Shown: in pieces, positions 13,007 to 25,300 of the stretch | Layout: each line of letters starts with the position of its first letter | Position numbering within the stretch: the first letter of the stretch is position 1 | Assembly (NCBI RefSeq): GCF_963921235.1 | Contig: NC_086108.1 | Span: 93,498,001-93,562,000, forward strand | Length of the DNA stretch: 64,000 bases | Direction: 5' to 3' | Source: Mobula hypostoma | Taxonomy: Eukaryota | Program-made: the position numbers and the translations under genes | Notes under the pieces: generated by a model | Database searches by the model: none | Seen by the model: the letters and a program-made list of their open reading frames with translations, nothing else | What the model was told of the DNA's origin: nothing

Positions 13007-13029
13007 TAAAAAGGTTGAGAACCCCTGGT

Positions 13030-13290
13030 GTAGATGGAGTTGGAGCACAATCTGGCCACACGGTTGTGAGTGGAAAGGGAATAGAGTAGTGGGCTGAGGA
13101 TACAGCCTTGTAGGGCACCAGTGATGAGGATAGTTGTGGAAGTTTTGCTGCTATCCTTAGTGATTGCAGTCTGTTGTTTAGAAAGTCAGAGATCCATTTG
13201 CTTAGGGAAGTGTTGAGTCCCATTTTAGAAGTTTGAGATGAGATTGCTTGGATTTATAGTATTGAAAGTGGAGCTGTAGTCAATAAGTAA
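13030..13290 (-). mobile_element. Rex/Babar-type RT fragment
   Basis: GLNTSLSKWISDFLNNRLQSLRI followed by a G.PQG-like region. Confidence 0.7.
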
Positions 13291-13321
13291 TAGTCAATGT
13301 GAAGGCAAATGGGCAAGCATC

Positions 13322-15432
13322 ATAAGACATAGAAGCAGAATTAGGCTATTCCACACATCGAGTCTGCTCTGCCATTCCGTCATGGCTGATCCAGATCCCA
13401 CTCGATCCCATACACCTGCAGTCTCGCTGTAACCTTTGATGCCCTGACCAATCAGGAAACGATCAACTTCCATCATAGATATACTCATGGACTTGGCCTC
13501 CATCACAGTTTGTGGCGGAGCATTCCACAGTGGAACGTTCCACAGATTCACTACTCTCTGGCTAAAAAAAATTCTCCTTGCATCCGTTCTAAAAGGTCGC
13601 CCCTCAGTTTTGAGGCTATGCCCTGCAATTCTGGATACCCCCACCATAGGAAACATCCTCTCCACATCCACCCTATCTAGTCCTTTCAACATTTGGTAGG
13701 TTTCAATGAGATCCCCTTGGATTCTCCTAAATTCCAGGAAGTACTGGCCCAAAGCTGCCAAACGCTCCTCATATATTAATCCCTTCATTCCCAGAATCAT
13801 CCTCTGAACGCTCTCCAATGCCAACACATCCTTTCTGAGATATGGGGCCCAAAACTGTTGACAGTACTCCACATGTGGCTTGACTAGTGTCTTATAAAGG
13901 TTCAGCATTATCTTCTTGCTTTTATATTCTATTCCCTTTGAAATAAATGCCAACATTGCATTTGCCTTCTTTACAACAGGCTCGACCTGTACATTAACCT
14001 TCCAGGAGCCTAGCACAAGGACTCCCAAGTCCTTCTGCACTTCTGACATTTAAACCTTCTCCCATTTAGATAAAAGTCTGCACTATTGTTCCTTTTACTA
14101 AAATGCATTATCATACGTTTCTCAACAATGTATTCCATCTGCCACTTTTTTTGCCCATTCTTCCAATTTGTCTAAGTCCCGCTGCAATTGCATTGCTTCC
14201 TCAGCACTACCTACCCCTCCACCTATCTTTGTATTATCTGCAAGCTTTGCCACAAAGCCATCAATTCCATTATCCAATCTATTGACAGACAATGTGAAAA
14301 GTATCGGTTATAATACTGATGCCTGAGGAACACCACTAGTCACTGGCAGTCAGCCAGAAAAGGCCCCTTTTATTCCTGCTCATTGCCTCCTCCCTGTCAG
14401 CCATTCCTCTGTCCATGCCCGTATCTTTCCTGTAATGCCATAGGATTTTATCTTGTTAAGCAGCCTTGTGTGTGGCACCTTATCAAAATGCCTTCTGAGA
14501 ATCTAAGTGAATGCTATCTACTGCCTCTCCTTTGCCCACCCTGCTTGTTAATTCCTTGAAGAACTCTAACAGATTTGTCAGGCAAGATTTCCCTTTACAG
14601 AAACCATGCTGACTTTAACTTACTTTATCATTAGTCTCCAAGTACCCTGAAACTTCATCCTTAATGATAGATTCCAGCACTTTCCCAACGACTGAGGTTG
14701 GGTTAACCAGCCTATAATTTCCTTTCTTTTACCCTTGCCCCTTCTTAAATTGTGGAGTGACACTTTCAATTTTCCAGACCTCCGGGACCATGCCAAAACC
14801 AAGTGATTCTTGAAAGATCATGACCAATGTATCCATCATCTCTTCAGCAATCTCTTTCAGGACTCTGGGATGTAGTCTGTCTGGTCCAGATGCCTTATCC
14901 ATCTTAAGACCTTTGAGCTTTTTTCTTTAAGACTTTTTCCTTTGCAATAGCAATGGCACTCACTCCTGCTCCATGACACTCATGGACCTCTGGCACACTG
15001 CTATTGTTTTATACAGTGAAGACAGATGCAAAGTACCCATTAAGTTCATCTGCCTTTTCTTTGTTCCACCCATCCCCCTCCCCCCCGTTACTACCTCACC
15101 AGCATTATTTTCCAGTGGCCCAATATCAATTCTCACCTCCCTTTTACTCTTTTTTTTTATATAACTGAAAAAACTTTTGGTATCCTGCTTTATATTATTG
15201 GCTTGTCTGCTTTCATATTTCATCTTTTCCCTTATAACCTGCCCACAAGAATATTGGTCCTCCTCGAATTCAAGTGCAACCATTCCATTTTTTATAGGTC
15301 CCACCTGGCCCAGAAGAGGTCCCAATTATTTAGAAATCTGAATCCTTGCACTCTGCTCCAATTCTTCAGCCATGCATTTATCTCCCACCTCACTCTATTC
15401 CTATCTTCACTGTCATGTGGCACAGGCAGCAA
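13322..15432 (-). mobile_element. CR1 LINE, fragmented ORF2 with 3' tail
   Basis: ORF 13294-14049 LYKTLVKPHVEYC.QFWAPY, IFFSQRVVNLWN; upstream KSFFSYIK, IGPLEN. Confidence 0.92.
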
Positions 15433-17769
15433 TGACAGGCATATATCAGTCAAGATGTATGTAAAAGATGTGGATAATTCAAAGTATTATATGAACTATA
15501 TCCCATACCAAACAAATCCATCACAGAAACTACCTTTGTGCCTGTCATTGTTCTCCTTCATTGGAGAATCTCAGATGAAGGGAAGTAGTTGCAGGATTGG
15601 GGGTTGCAATTTAAAATACGGTTACTATGCAGAGGTGAATTTCTGAGTTCAGGAAGCTGGGTTATTAATAATTTATAGAGAGGGCGGAGACAAAATTTTG
15701 AAGGATCGTGGAATTGAGCACTACGTGGAATTGTTGCAGAAGAGATGTGGATTGGGACAAATGAGCCATGATCATATTGAATGGCAGGGCAGACTTGAGA
15801 GGCTGAGTGCCTATTATTTTCTTGTGTCCTTTCTATTACTGATTAAAATAAACCATATAATGACTATCCCATCCACTTGCCCTGTCGGATCACTTTCATG
15901 TTTTGTGAGCAATGTGTACACAATCATTGTTTTTTGGTTGTTATAGTTTAGTTGCACATTATTATGTGGTCTGAAAACTGTTTAACACCACTGACATGAC
16001 TGTCTTTAAATTGACGTATCAATCTAGTTAAACACACATCATTTAATGTAGAAAAGCAATAAAGTTCCGCAATCAGTGATGTTGAAGTTTTTAAATTAAA
16101 TAGTCTGTGTCTAATTGGAGCAAACTTATAATCTGAATAATTCCGTGAGAGCTCTGTTTATGTATTCTCTCATGAGCAAAACTAAGATTTTAGTGGAAGT
16201 TATGTATATTTCTAAAATTTCAAATTTAGATTCTTAATTATACTTGCCAAAGCTACTGCTGATTCTTGTATGTTCCTTTTGGAATGAAGCTGCTTGTTAA
16301 CTGGTAAGCCATAGGTGATTGACTTGCATCTGTTTGCTGACTACTGGAGACTGATTTGGATGCTACTGTGACTCAATATGCTGCTATTTCACTATTGTAG
16401 GGATTACTACAAAATATCACAAATTGAATTATTATGATATGGTAACATGGGTTTGAAGAAACAACTATCTGTGGTTCTCTTTCATTCTGGAATTCAGAAT
16501 ACATTGACTGTTGAGGAATGGTGCTTTGAGCCCGGAGCAATAGGATAGAATAACATCTTGGCAAACATCAAAATGATTGTTGTAATAAAATTGACTGCAC
16601 CTTAAACCACACACTTGTCCATTCAGTGAATTTTTGTTTCCCATAGCAAGCTCAAATATAATCCAGATTTCTTCTGTTGCTTCTGTGCAGCAGTTGCTCT
16701 ATTTTTTTTCTCCACCTCATTTGTTCTTGCATTAAATTAAAATTAATTGTACAGAAAATCTCATTACATGGCACAGCAACCAGGCATAGTTTACATTTAT
16801 GAGAAGTATTCCAAGAAGCCTCAAATCATAATATAAAATGAATACCAAGCAAAAATTGATATATAAAGGGATAACTCAGCATTTGGTCAGAGTAGGACTT
16901 AATAGCCTCATAAAGAGCAGTGATGAGGTGGAAGAGGTTTAATTGAGGATGATGGCACAGCTTTCAGTAGTGAGGCAAAAGGAGCAGATTGAGTTTGTGT
17001 TGAAGAAACCTCATTGGAAAGGATGTGGAAAAGATTTCTAGGATTGATGGGTGTTAAAAGAAGTGGATTGATAGGTCATGAGTTAATTTAACTAAATGTA
17101 GGCTACATTTTCATAGGGAATAGAGGAATGAGTGAGCATGAAATAATTTGGCCATCTGAGATTTTGATGTGATTAAGATTACAGATAAAGTTCCAAGACA
17201 CACGAGTAATGTATTAGAATCACTGAGTCTAGAGATGGTGCCGGAGTCTTCAGCAGGAATCTGTGCTTCAGGATGGCATCAGAGAGCAGCAACGACTGAT
17301 GGTGACGTCCTGCAGACAGTTTAAGAAACTACCTCTTGTACTTCTACTTTCAAATATGATTCTACTGCTAAGATGCATGTGATTGGAACCTGTGATTTAT
17401 ATCTTGGTGGTATGTTTTAGGGCCAGTTGAGTGATCTGGCACTTCGCTGTCTCCGAGGGAGTTCAGTGAAGTTGGGAGTGGAGGGCTCAGCCTGCAGGCC
17501 TGAACAAAGGGTGCAGTCCCTTGATTGACTCCATTGCTTCTCTCAGATTGAGATGCTGAGCAGAGACAAAAATGGAATGCAGGTGGTTGTTCAACGCTAT
17601 CTGCCTGCTTTGGACCGGTCTTCCTTGCCCTCTCACTAGCTGCTGTTGAAGGCTTGGGTTCCACGTTGCAAGGATTGATCGGCGAGTTTCATGGCTGTTG
17701 ACTTGGGGTGGTGGGGGGGAGGTGCTTTCAGGTTGAGTTTCTGGATTCAGGTTCTTTTTTTTTTGGCTG

Positions 17770-18185
17770 TTCATGAGCGGTTTGATTTCGGGCAAATGGG
17801 GCTCACCCAGGAGAAAGGCGGCAGCCCGCCTAGGAGAAGAAAAACTCTGATTTGTAAACCTCCGCTGCCTTGTGGCCATACCCACCCATGAAAAAGACTT
17901 CAGGAGTAAACCCCGAGGAAGAAATCTGGAGCCGGGGTCCCTAAGACAGTTTGATGTTGTTTACATCTTCACACTGGCAATCTCTGCGACGACATTGGTG
18001 CCAAGCTGTATCGGTGTCTGCCCTTCCCTTGGACCGTATCGGTGATGTGGAGAGGGGGAACCCGCTGCATGGGTAGCAGCCGGTTCTTCAAATCTTCCCA
18101 CCCAGGCTTACACCCTGGAAAGGACACAGTCCACCCAAGGCGCAAACCGGTGATCCCCTGGGATCGACGGCTGCCTACTACTGAT
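17770..18185 (+). mobile_element. RTE-5'-UTR-like short repeat; partial opposite-strand relative at 44830-44918
   Basis: CTAGGAGAAGAAAAACTCTGA motif; shares CCAAGGCGCAAA and CCCTGGAAA blocks with the reverse complement of 44840-44900. Confidence 0.45.
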
Positions 18186-18654
18186 CAGGATGATTGATTC
18201 GGACAGGGTCACTTTGTTGAAGACTTGTTCTGCAGCCTGTAGTCAGCTAGGAGCTCAGAACTAGACTAAACTGAATACTCCTGGACTCCTGGTTTGATAT
18301 ATTGTGTGCTGTTCACTCGCTTTTTGCCATTCGTGCAATTTGTTCTTTTTTGTCCACACTGGGGGTTTGAATTTTCTTTGAACAGGTTCCAGGGTGTTTC
18401 TTTGTTTCATGGCTGCCTGCAGGAGGACAAATCTCAGAACTGCATTCTGAATATATATTTTGATCATAAATGTACTTTAAATTTTTGAATCTTTGTAATT
18501 GCAGTAGAGTATATGTTAGGTTAGGACCACATGAAACTTTGAACTTTGAGATAGAGGACATGCAGGTTTCAAACTTAAATTAGTTAATTGGGTCACAGGT
18601 TGTAAATAACTTTGAAGTAGAACTTGGCCAGGAAATTAAAATGGATACTATCAT

Positions 18655-19465
18655 AAGATTCTGCAGATGCAGGAAATCTTGAGTAACGCATACATTGATA
18701 GAGGAACTCAACAAGTCAGTCAGCATGTAGTGTGGAGAATAAACAGTTAATATTTTTGGTCAAGGCCCTTCATCAGGATTGGAAATGAAAGGAAGGGGAG
18801 AATGGAAGGAGTACAGGCTGGCAGGTGATGAGTGAAATGAGGTGGGAGGGAAGATGGGTTGGTAGTGATGTGGGCATGAAATAAGAAACTGGGAGAGGAT
18901 ATGTAGAAGAGTAATGGACTGAAGTAAAGGGCATCTAATAGGAGAGGACAGGGTACCAAGAGAGAAGGGGAAGGAGGGGAACTAAAGGGAGGTAATGGGC
19001 AGGTGTGGAGAAGAGAAGTGAGAGGGTAAACTGTATGAGGAATAGAAAAAAGCAGGAGGGAGGGGGGAATTATCAGAAGTTAGGGAAATCAGTGTTCACG
19101 CCATCAGGTTGGAATATGCTGTGATGTGTTTCTCCTCCAACCTGTATTTGGCCTCTGTCCCTGGCCTCCTCTACTCCCATATGTCAAAATGGAAAGTCAA
19201 ATTTAAGTGTGTATCTACTGGTAGATCCTGCCTTAGGGATGGGCAGAGCAAAGATGCTAACAAAGTGGTCCCTTAATTAGCTGTGGGTCTCACTAATGTA
19301 GAGGAGGCTACACCGGGAGCACTGGATACAAGAGGATCCCTTCTAAGTGACGTGTTACCTCACCTGAAAGGACTATTTGGACTGTGAATGATGGGTGGTA
19401 AGGGAGATGTAGGGGCAGGTGTAGCACTTGTCACACTTTCAGGGATAAATGCCAGGAGGGGGACG
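18655..19465 (-). mobile_element. Old Penelope-like 3' fragment with decayed hammerhead (18743-18782)
   Basis: colinear with the 700-1878 copy. Confidence 0.8.
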
Positions 19466-19474
19466 ATTGGACAG

Positions 19475-19745
19475 AGATTTACCGGGATGCTGCCTGGGTT
19501 AGAGAACGTCTTATGAGTAAAGGTTGAGCAAGCGAGGGCTTTTTTTTTCTTTTAGAGCGAAAAAGGATGAGAAGTGACTTAAAGGGATGTATACGATGAA
19601 AAGCACAGGCAGAGTGGATAACCAGCACTTTTTTTTTCCTCCGGTGCAGAAATGGCTAATATGTGAGGGCATAATTTTATGGTGGTTGGAGGAAAGTGGG
19701 AATGTCATGTAGGGCCTGTACTGTGCTGTACTGTTCTTTATTCTG
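19475..19745 (+). mobile_element. CR1 3' fragment
   Basis: RFTGMLPG...ERLS.. type sequence ending in a (tgttct)-like tail. Confidence 0.65.
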
Positions 19746-20552
19746 TTATGATTCACCTTCACACAAGCTTTATTTCCCTGATGTTCCTGCATGTTTGATC
19801 ATCTTAATTAAAGACAAAGTTTGGATCAAAAGGTTGGTTTATAATGAGTTACTTACAAAGTCATAACTGCTGGAAGGGATGTATGATGTGTAAATTAATT
19901 TATCATTCCTCTGTCCCTTCCCACCCTGTCACCACTCACTAGACATAGTACAAAAAATGAATTTTACATCATAAAATGTTTTATTTAAAAACAATTGGTA
20001 TCAGCAGCCTCTGTTAAGCACTTTAAGTTTAGCACTTCAAGGGATCTCCTGAAGTGCTAACTGCAGATCTCAAACTGCTTGACCTCTGAACTTGATGCAC
20101 CCAAGGTCAAGGCACATAAGGTCTGATCCAGCTACTAGGAGGTCTAATTACACTATTACCTACCTACCACTCCCATTTTCTCCTATTTTCCATAGTTTTC
20201 CCATATTTATTCCCTTCTCACAGGCCTGCAGAGATGGTATGCAGCTGCAAACCTAGCAGGCAGCTGCGATTTGTGAAATTTAGAGTTTTTCATTATTGTC
20301 CTTAAATGGATTAAACAACGTTTGCCAAATTTTAAACTTCTGGTTGGAACTAATGCAATATGCAGTACAATTCAGTGCACATCTTTGCCAGAAGTTTTTT
20401 TTTTGTTAAAAGGTCACATGAGACAGTTGTGAAGGGTGCATGTTGTACATGGGGTGGTGTGTCATTAATCATTTGAAAGTGACACAGTATATTGAGAGTT
20501 TGCACTTTTGGGATTCCCTTCTTTGTAAAAAAAAAGTTGCATCTTCACTCAA

Positions 20553-21920
20553 TATGCTGGAGGAACTCTGCAGGTCTGACAGTATCTATGGAAAAGAGTA
20601 CATTTGACATTTTGGGCTAAGATCCTTCATCAGGACTGGGGAAAAAATGAGTTAGAGTAGAAAGTGGGGTGAGGGGAGGAAGAACCAGAAGGTGATAGGT
20701 GAAACTGGGAGGGTGAGGAGTGAAGTAAAGAGCTGGAATGTTGACTGGTGAAGGAGATACAGGGCTAGTGAATGGGGAATCTGATAGAGGACAGAAGGCC
20801 ATGGAAGAAAGAAAAAGGGGGTGGGGGAGCACCAGAGGGAGGTGGTAGGCATGTAAAGAGAAGGTCAGAGAGGGAAATGGGACTGGTGAAGGAGCGTGGG
20901 GTGTGGGCAGTACCAGAAGTTTGAGAAGTGTTTGTTCATGCCATCAGGTTGGAGGCTACCCAGACAGAATCTGGGTAGAGGAATCCATTGATTGACATAT
21001 GAGAATGGGAAGTGGAATTAAAATGGGTTGCCACTGGGAGATCCTGCTTTTTCTGGCAGGTACTTGGCGAAATGGTCTCCCAGTCTATGTTGGGTCTCAC
21101 CAATATACAGGAGGCCACACCAGGAGCATCGGATACAATAGATGACCCCAGCACTCACAGGTAAAGTGTCACCTTACCTGGAAGGACTGTTTGGAGTCCT
21201 GAATGGTAGTGAGGAAGGAGGTGTAGGGTAGGTGTAGCACTTGTTCCACTGCAAGGATAAGTGCCAGGAGGGAAATTAGTGGGGAGGGACAAATGGACAA
21301 GGGAATCGCGTAGGGAGCAATACTTGTGGAAAGCAGCAAGTGGGCCACCCATTTTAATCCCACTTCCCATTCTGACATGTCAGTCTATGGCCTCCTCTAC
21401 TGTCAAGATGAGGCCGGAGGAACAGCACCTTGTATTCCGTCTGGGTAGCCTCCAACCTGATGCCGTGAACGTCGACTTCTCAAACTTCAGGTTATGAAAC
21501 AACCCCCCCCCCCCCTTCACCAGTCCCATCTTCTTTTCCCTCTCTCACCTCATCTCCTTGACTGCTTATCCTCTCCCACTAGTGCTCCTCCCCTTTTTCT
21601 TTTTCCCATGGCTGGCTGTCCTCTCCTATCAGATTCCCTCTTCTCTAGCCTGGTATCTCTCACCAATCAACTTCCTAGCTCTTTACTTCATCCCCGCCCA
21701 GTTACACCTGTCACCTTATGTTTCTTCACCTTCTTGCCCCCCCCCCCCCACCCACCTCTAACTTTTACTCCTCATCTTTTTTTTCCTCTAGTCCTGATGA
21801 AGGGTCTCAGCCGGAAACATTGACTTGCTCTTTTCCATTGATGCTGCCTGGCCTGTTGAGTTCCTGTAGTTAGTGTTTTGTGTGTGTTGCTTAGATTTCC
21901 AGCTTCTGCAGATTTTCTGT
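20553..21920. mobile_element. Tail-out inverted pair of Penelope-like 3' fragments
   Basis: minus copy 20553-21338 abuts plus copy 21339-21920; both carry GIY-YIG C-terminal remnants and a hammerhead-type tail. Confidence 0.85.
21789..21826 (+). ncRNA. Partly decayed hammerhead motif
   Basis: TAGTC CTGATGA AGGGTCTCAGCCG GAAA CATT GACT; CGTC changed to CATT (consistent with CpG decay). Confidence 0.6.
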
Positions 21921-22176
21921 AGTTTTTATCTTCATTCTCTGCCCAAGGGACCCCTCACTTCTAATCTGGGTGTATGTAGTTATTTTATCCAGTTATTATT
22001 TTAACATATATTTGATTTTTTTTATTAACTTCAGTGTATTTCATTTTTGAGTTAATTTGTAAAATTGTTGGTAATGAACTTTGAGTGCTGCCAGTAAATG
22101 ATTAAACATTATTTGGGTATACCTTTGCTTTTTTACAGAAAAGTTCTTGTCTGTTAACTTGATATGTTTTTTCCAG

Positions 22177-22317
22177 AAAATAAAAGTTTACGTCAGATGG
22201 CTCATGAACGTCTAGGAGAGCTGTTAAGGGTTTTAAAATTGGTGATCAGCAAACATCAGTCATTAAATTCAGTGGATATTCTAAGTGCGACAGGGACAGT
22301 GATTTCGAAAGTAAAAG
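22177..22317 (+). CDS. ARHGAP29: ARHGAP29 exon (NKSLRQMAHERLGELLRVLK...ISKVK)
   Basis: ttccag acceptor, AAG|gtaaga donor, phase 1-1. Confidence 0.9.
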
Positions 22318-25300
22318 GTAAGAGCAAACAATTCAATTGCATAACAATATGTAAATTTATTTAAAGAAATATTTAATGTGACTGAACTGTATTAAAATAG
22401 AAATATTTAAGTATATTGTATGCAAACAAAAGCTTTATTTCAGAACAATTTGTAGATTTCATATTGCTTGATCTCTTGTGTGCTGGTTTATTTTCTCCCA
22501 CTTCTAAGTAGAATAAGGTGTTGCAATGATTAGGCACATGAATTTGAGACCTATTATTAAACTAAAATTTGTGCTCTTGTGTTTTCATTACAAATCCTAG
22601 TGTTTATATTTGTTTGTTAATTTTACACTTCATTGAATTTTAACTTCAAATTCAAAAAGGTGTTGATGGAAAGAAAAAGTTTGTGCAAGTAAGAAAAGTA
22701 TTCCTCAAACTAGCACCACCTGGTGGATTTGAATCTACACCATGAAATGTGGCTTAATACAGTGGATTCCAGTTAATTGGACTATTGGCTATTTGGGGCA
22801 ACTCTTAAAGAACCAAAACAAATTGAGAAAATAGCCGGGACTCCTTTTGTTTACTTGAGACACTATGCCATCCAAATGGGGCAAGAGACTTGCCAGACAG
22901 GTTTAAGTAGCATCAGTCGCACCTACTTATGTGGCTGTTAAACGCTATGCCATGCTTAGAGTGTTCAAAAAGCAGTGATCTTTGTCACTGATAGTTGGCA
23001 AGAAAATTCAGAACCATTGTGCTCACTGGTGTCAATCGAGCATTGAGATTTGGAGAAGCTAGAAACAGCAGGGAGTGAAAATGAAAGGATTTTACGACTT
23101 CCAAGTTAGGAACTATGAGGAATTTGAGGATTTTGACAATTGAATTGAATGTTACCTTTGATCCCCACCAGACACTCAGCTGTGGCTCCAAGTGGCTGTC
23201 TGTATGTGACAGTGGCCACACCCCATACACCGCTTCAACAGGTGGGCTAAATCAGGTGAGAGTAGCTGGCAGGTCCCTTACCACGATGAGATAGGAACCT
23301 GCCTGTCCTAGCATGCGAAGACAACTCAAGTGGACTGGGCAGATGGGATCTACAGTGAGGTACAGTGGCCAGGAAAGTGGTTCAGCAATAGTATGTGGAG
23401 AGCAAAGGGCATAATGAGGCACAGAAGAAATTGTGGTCACCCCCTGTAACCAGGGAAGACTCTAGTTTTGACATCTACTCGTACCATTGGACCTGGACTT
23501 CTGAAATTGAGAGAGTGGAACACCCCCAGTAAAATGGCTCTTTACACATTTTTAAAAAAAAACTCCTGCACAGGTTTCCTGTCATTGTCACATTCAATGG
23601 ACAATAACCAATACTGGTAGCTTTAATTTGTTCTGTAACTTTACTTTATTATGCCTTAACCACTTTTGATCTTTGTTCCTCCCCCCCCCCCCCACCTTTC
23701 ACAATTTGATCCTGAATAATCTTATTGCATTTCACAAGTGTATCACTGCTCTTAGAACTGGCTAGCAATCAAGTTGTCATCTGCAGGTAGAGCCACGGGA
23801 GATGGGCAAGGTCTTAAATGAATATTTTATCATCTGTTTACTGTGGCAAAGTTCATGAAAGCTAGGAAATTTAGGGAAGAGAATAGCTACATTATGAAAG
23901 AGATGCTGGCATAACCATATCTATGTGGTGAAACTTGAATGCACTGGTACTTATTTTGAGTCAGGCAGCACAGAAAGAAGCCTCTCAGTCCATTATGTCC
24001 ATTCTGGCCAACAATAGCCCCATCTATAGTAATCTCATTGACCAGAACTTACCCACAATCTTCCATTTCGTGGCAATTAAATGTCTTGATTTACTTAAAT
24101 GTTGTGAAAGTACCTGTCTCCATCATCCACTCAGGCAGTATGTTCCAGATTCTAGCTGCCCTTTAGGATAGGCTCAAAACTTTTATCTTGAATGCCAGGG
24201 TGCTACAATATTTTGCAATGGTGGAGATGTCATTCTATGCTCTTGTTTGGTTTAAAACTTTGGTCATTATCTTCCTCCTGATTAAAGAGCTATTTTATTG
24301 ATCTGAGGTAAAGTTTAAGGGATTTGATCAGTTTTTTTGCATCCTGTTCATTTCTCTGTAGTATTTTTATTATATATTTTGAGTTAATCATACTTAATGA
24401 ATTTTATATAGATGATAGCAGACAAGCCTGTTAGTCAATTCGATCAATTGCTCTGCTTTTCTGACAAAGCTTTCCAGATAAAAGTATCTCTCAGTGGGAA
24501 ATCTGAAATTGCATTTTCATGTTCAACACATTCAAATCTTGTGCACTAAGGAAGCACTTAGTAGAAGACATTGTGCATTGTATGTCATCGGAAATCACAT
24601 TTTATTTTAAAAGCCTTTCTCATTTATTTCATTTGTTAGTCTTATATTATTGTGATCCTTTGTTTTGCTTTTCACACCAGAAAACAATAAAAGAGGACAC
24701 AACTAAGAAGCGGGTATACTTGGGGAAAGGTGTTCTTGCAGTTGTTAACTTTAATGTTCTATAAATATATTTTTGTATCCACACCCATTTTTTTATTATG
24801 AAGTTTGCTATAGATAGTCTGCTACTCAGGAAGTTACAGAAAGATTTGGAAAGAGTTACTGGAACTTTTTTAATCTTAGCTTTGTAAGTTATCTAGTTGT
24901 AAAGATGTGGCAAAATATCTACCTCAAATTGTCATTGTCTTTAAAATTCTTGATGGAGTTATTGTTCATACTTACTACTTGTGTTTATGTCTTGGATGTG
25001 AACAAAATCTGCAGGAAGTTTATTTCCTTAAAACTTGATGAGATCAAAAGACTAAAAGCAAAATCTTTTAACAGAAGCTTTCCTGCAACAGGAAAAATGC
25101 CTTCCATTTACATATTTTGCACAGAAAAGCTAGTGGTAGCATCAGTGAAGTGCTAAATTAGGATATTGATAAAGGCTTGTGCAATTCTTCAGGGCAACAT
25201 AATTGTATATAATTTACTGCAAAGTTTGAATATATAAACTGCATTTTCGAGTGTGAATTGGCAATGAAGACAAGTATTTAAATAATTTGTGCCGTATACT

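Noticed and set aside
17780..17850. GGGCAAATGGGG as the J4/2-P2 end of an HDV-like ribozyme
   Set aside because: No upstream P1/P2/P3 partners could be identified in this copy.
1..22176. ARHGAP29 start exon or another host gene
   Set aside because: No convincing exon found; the ORFs here are repeat-derived or short and random.
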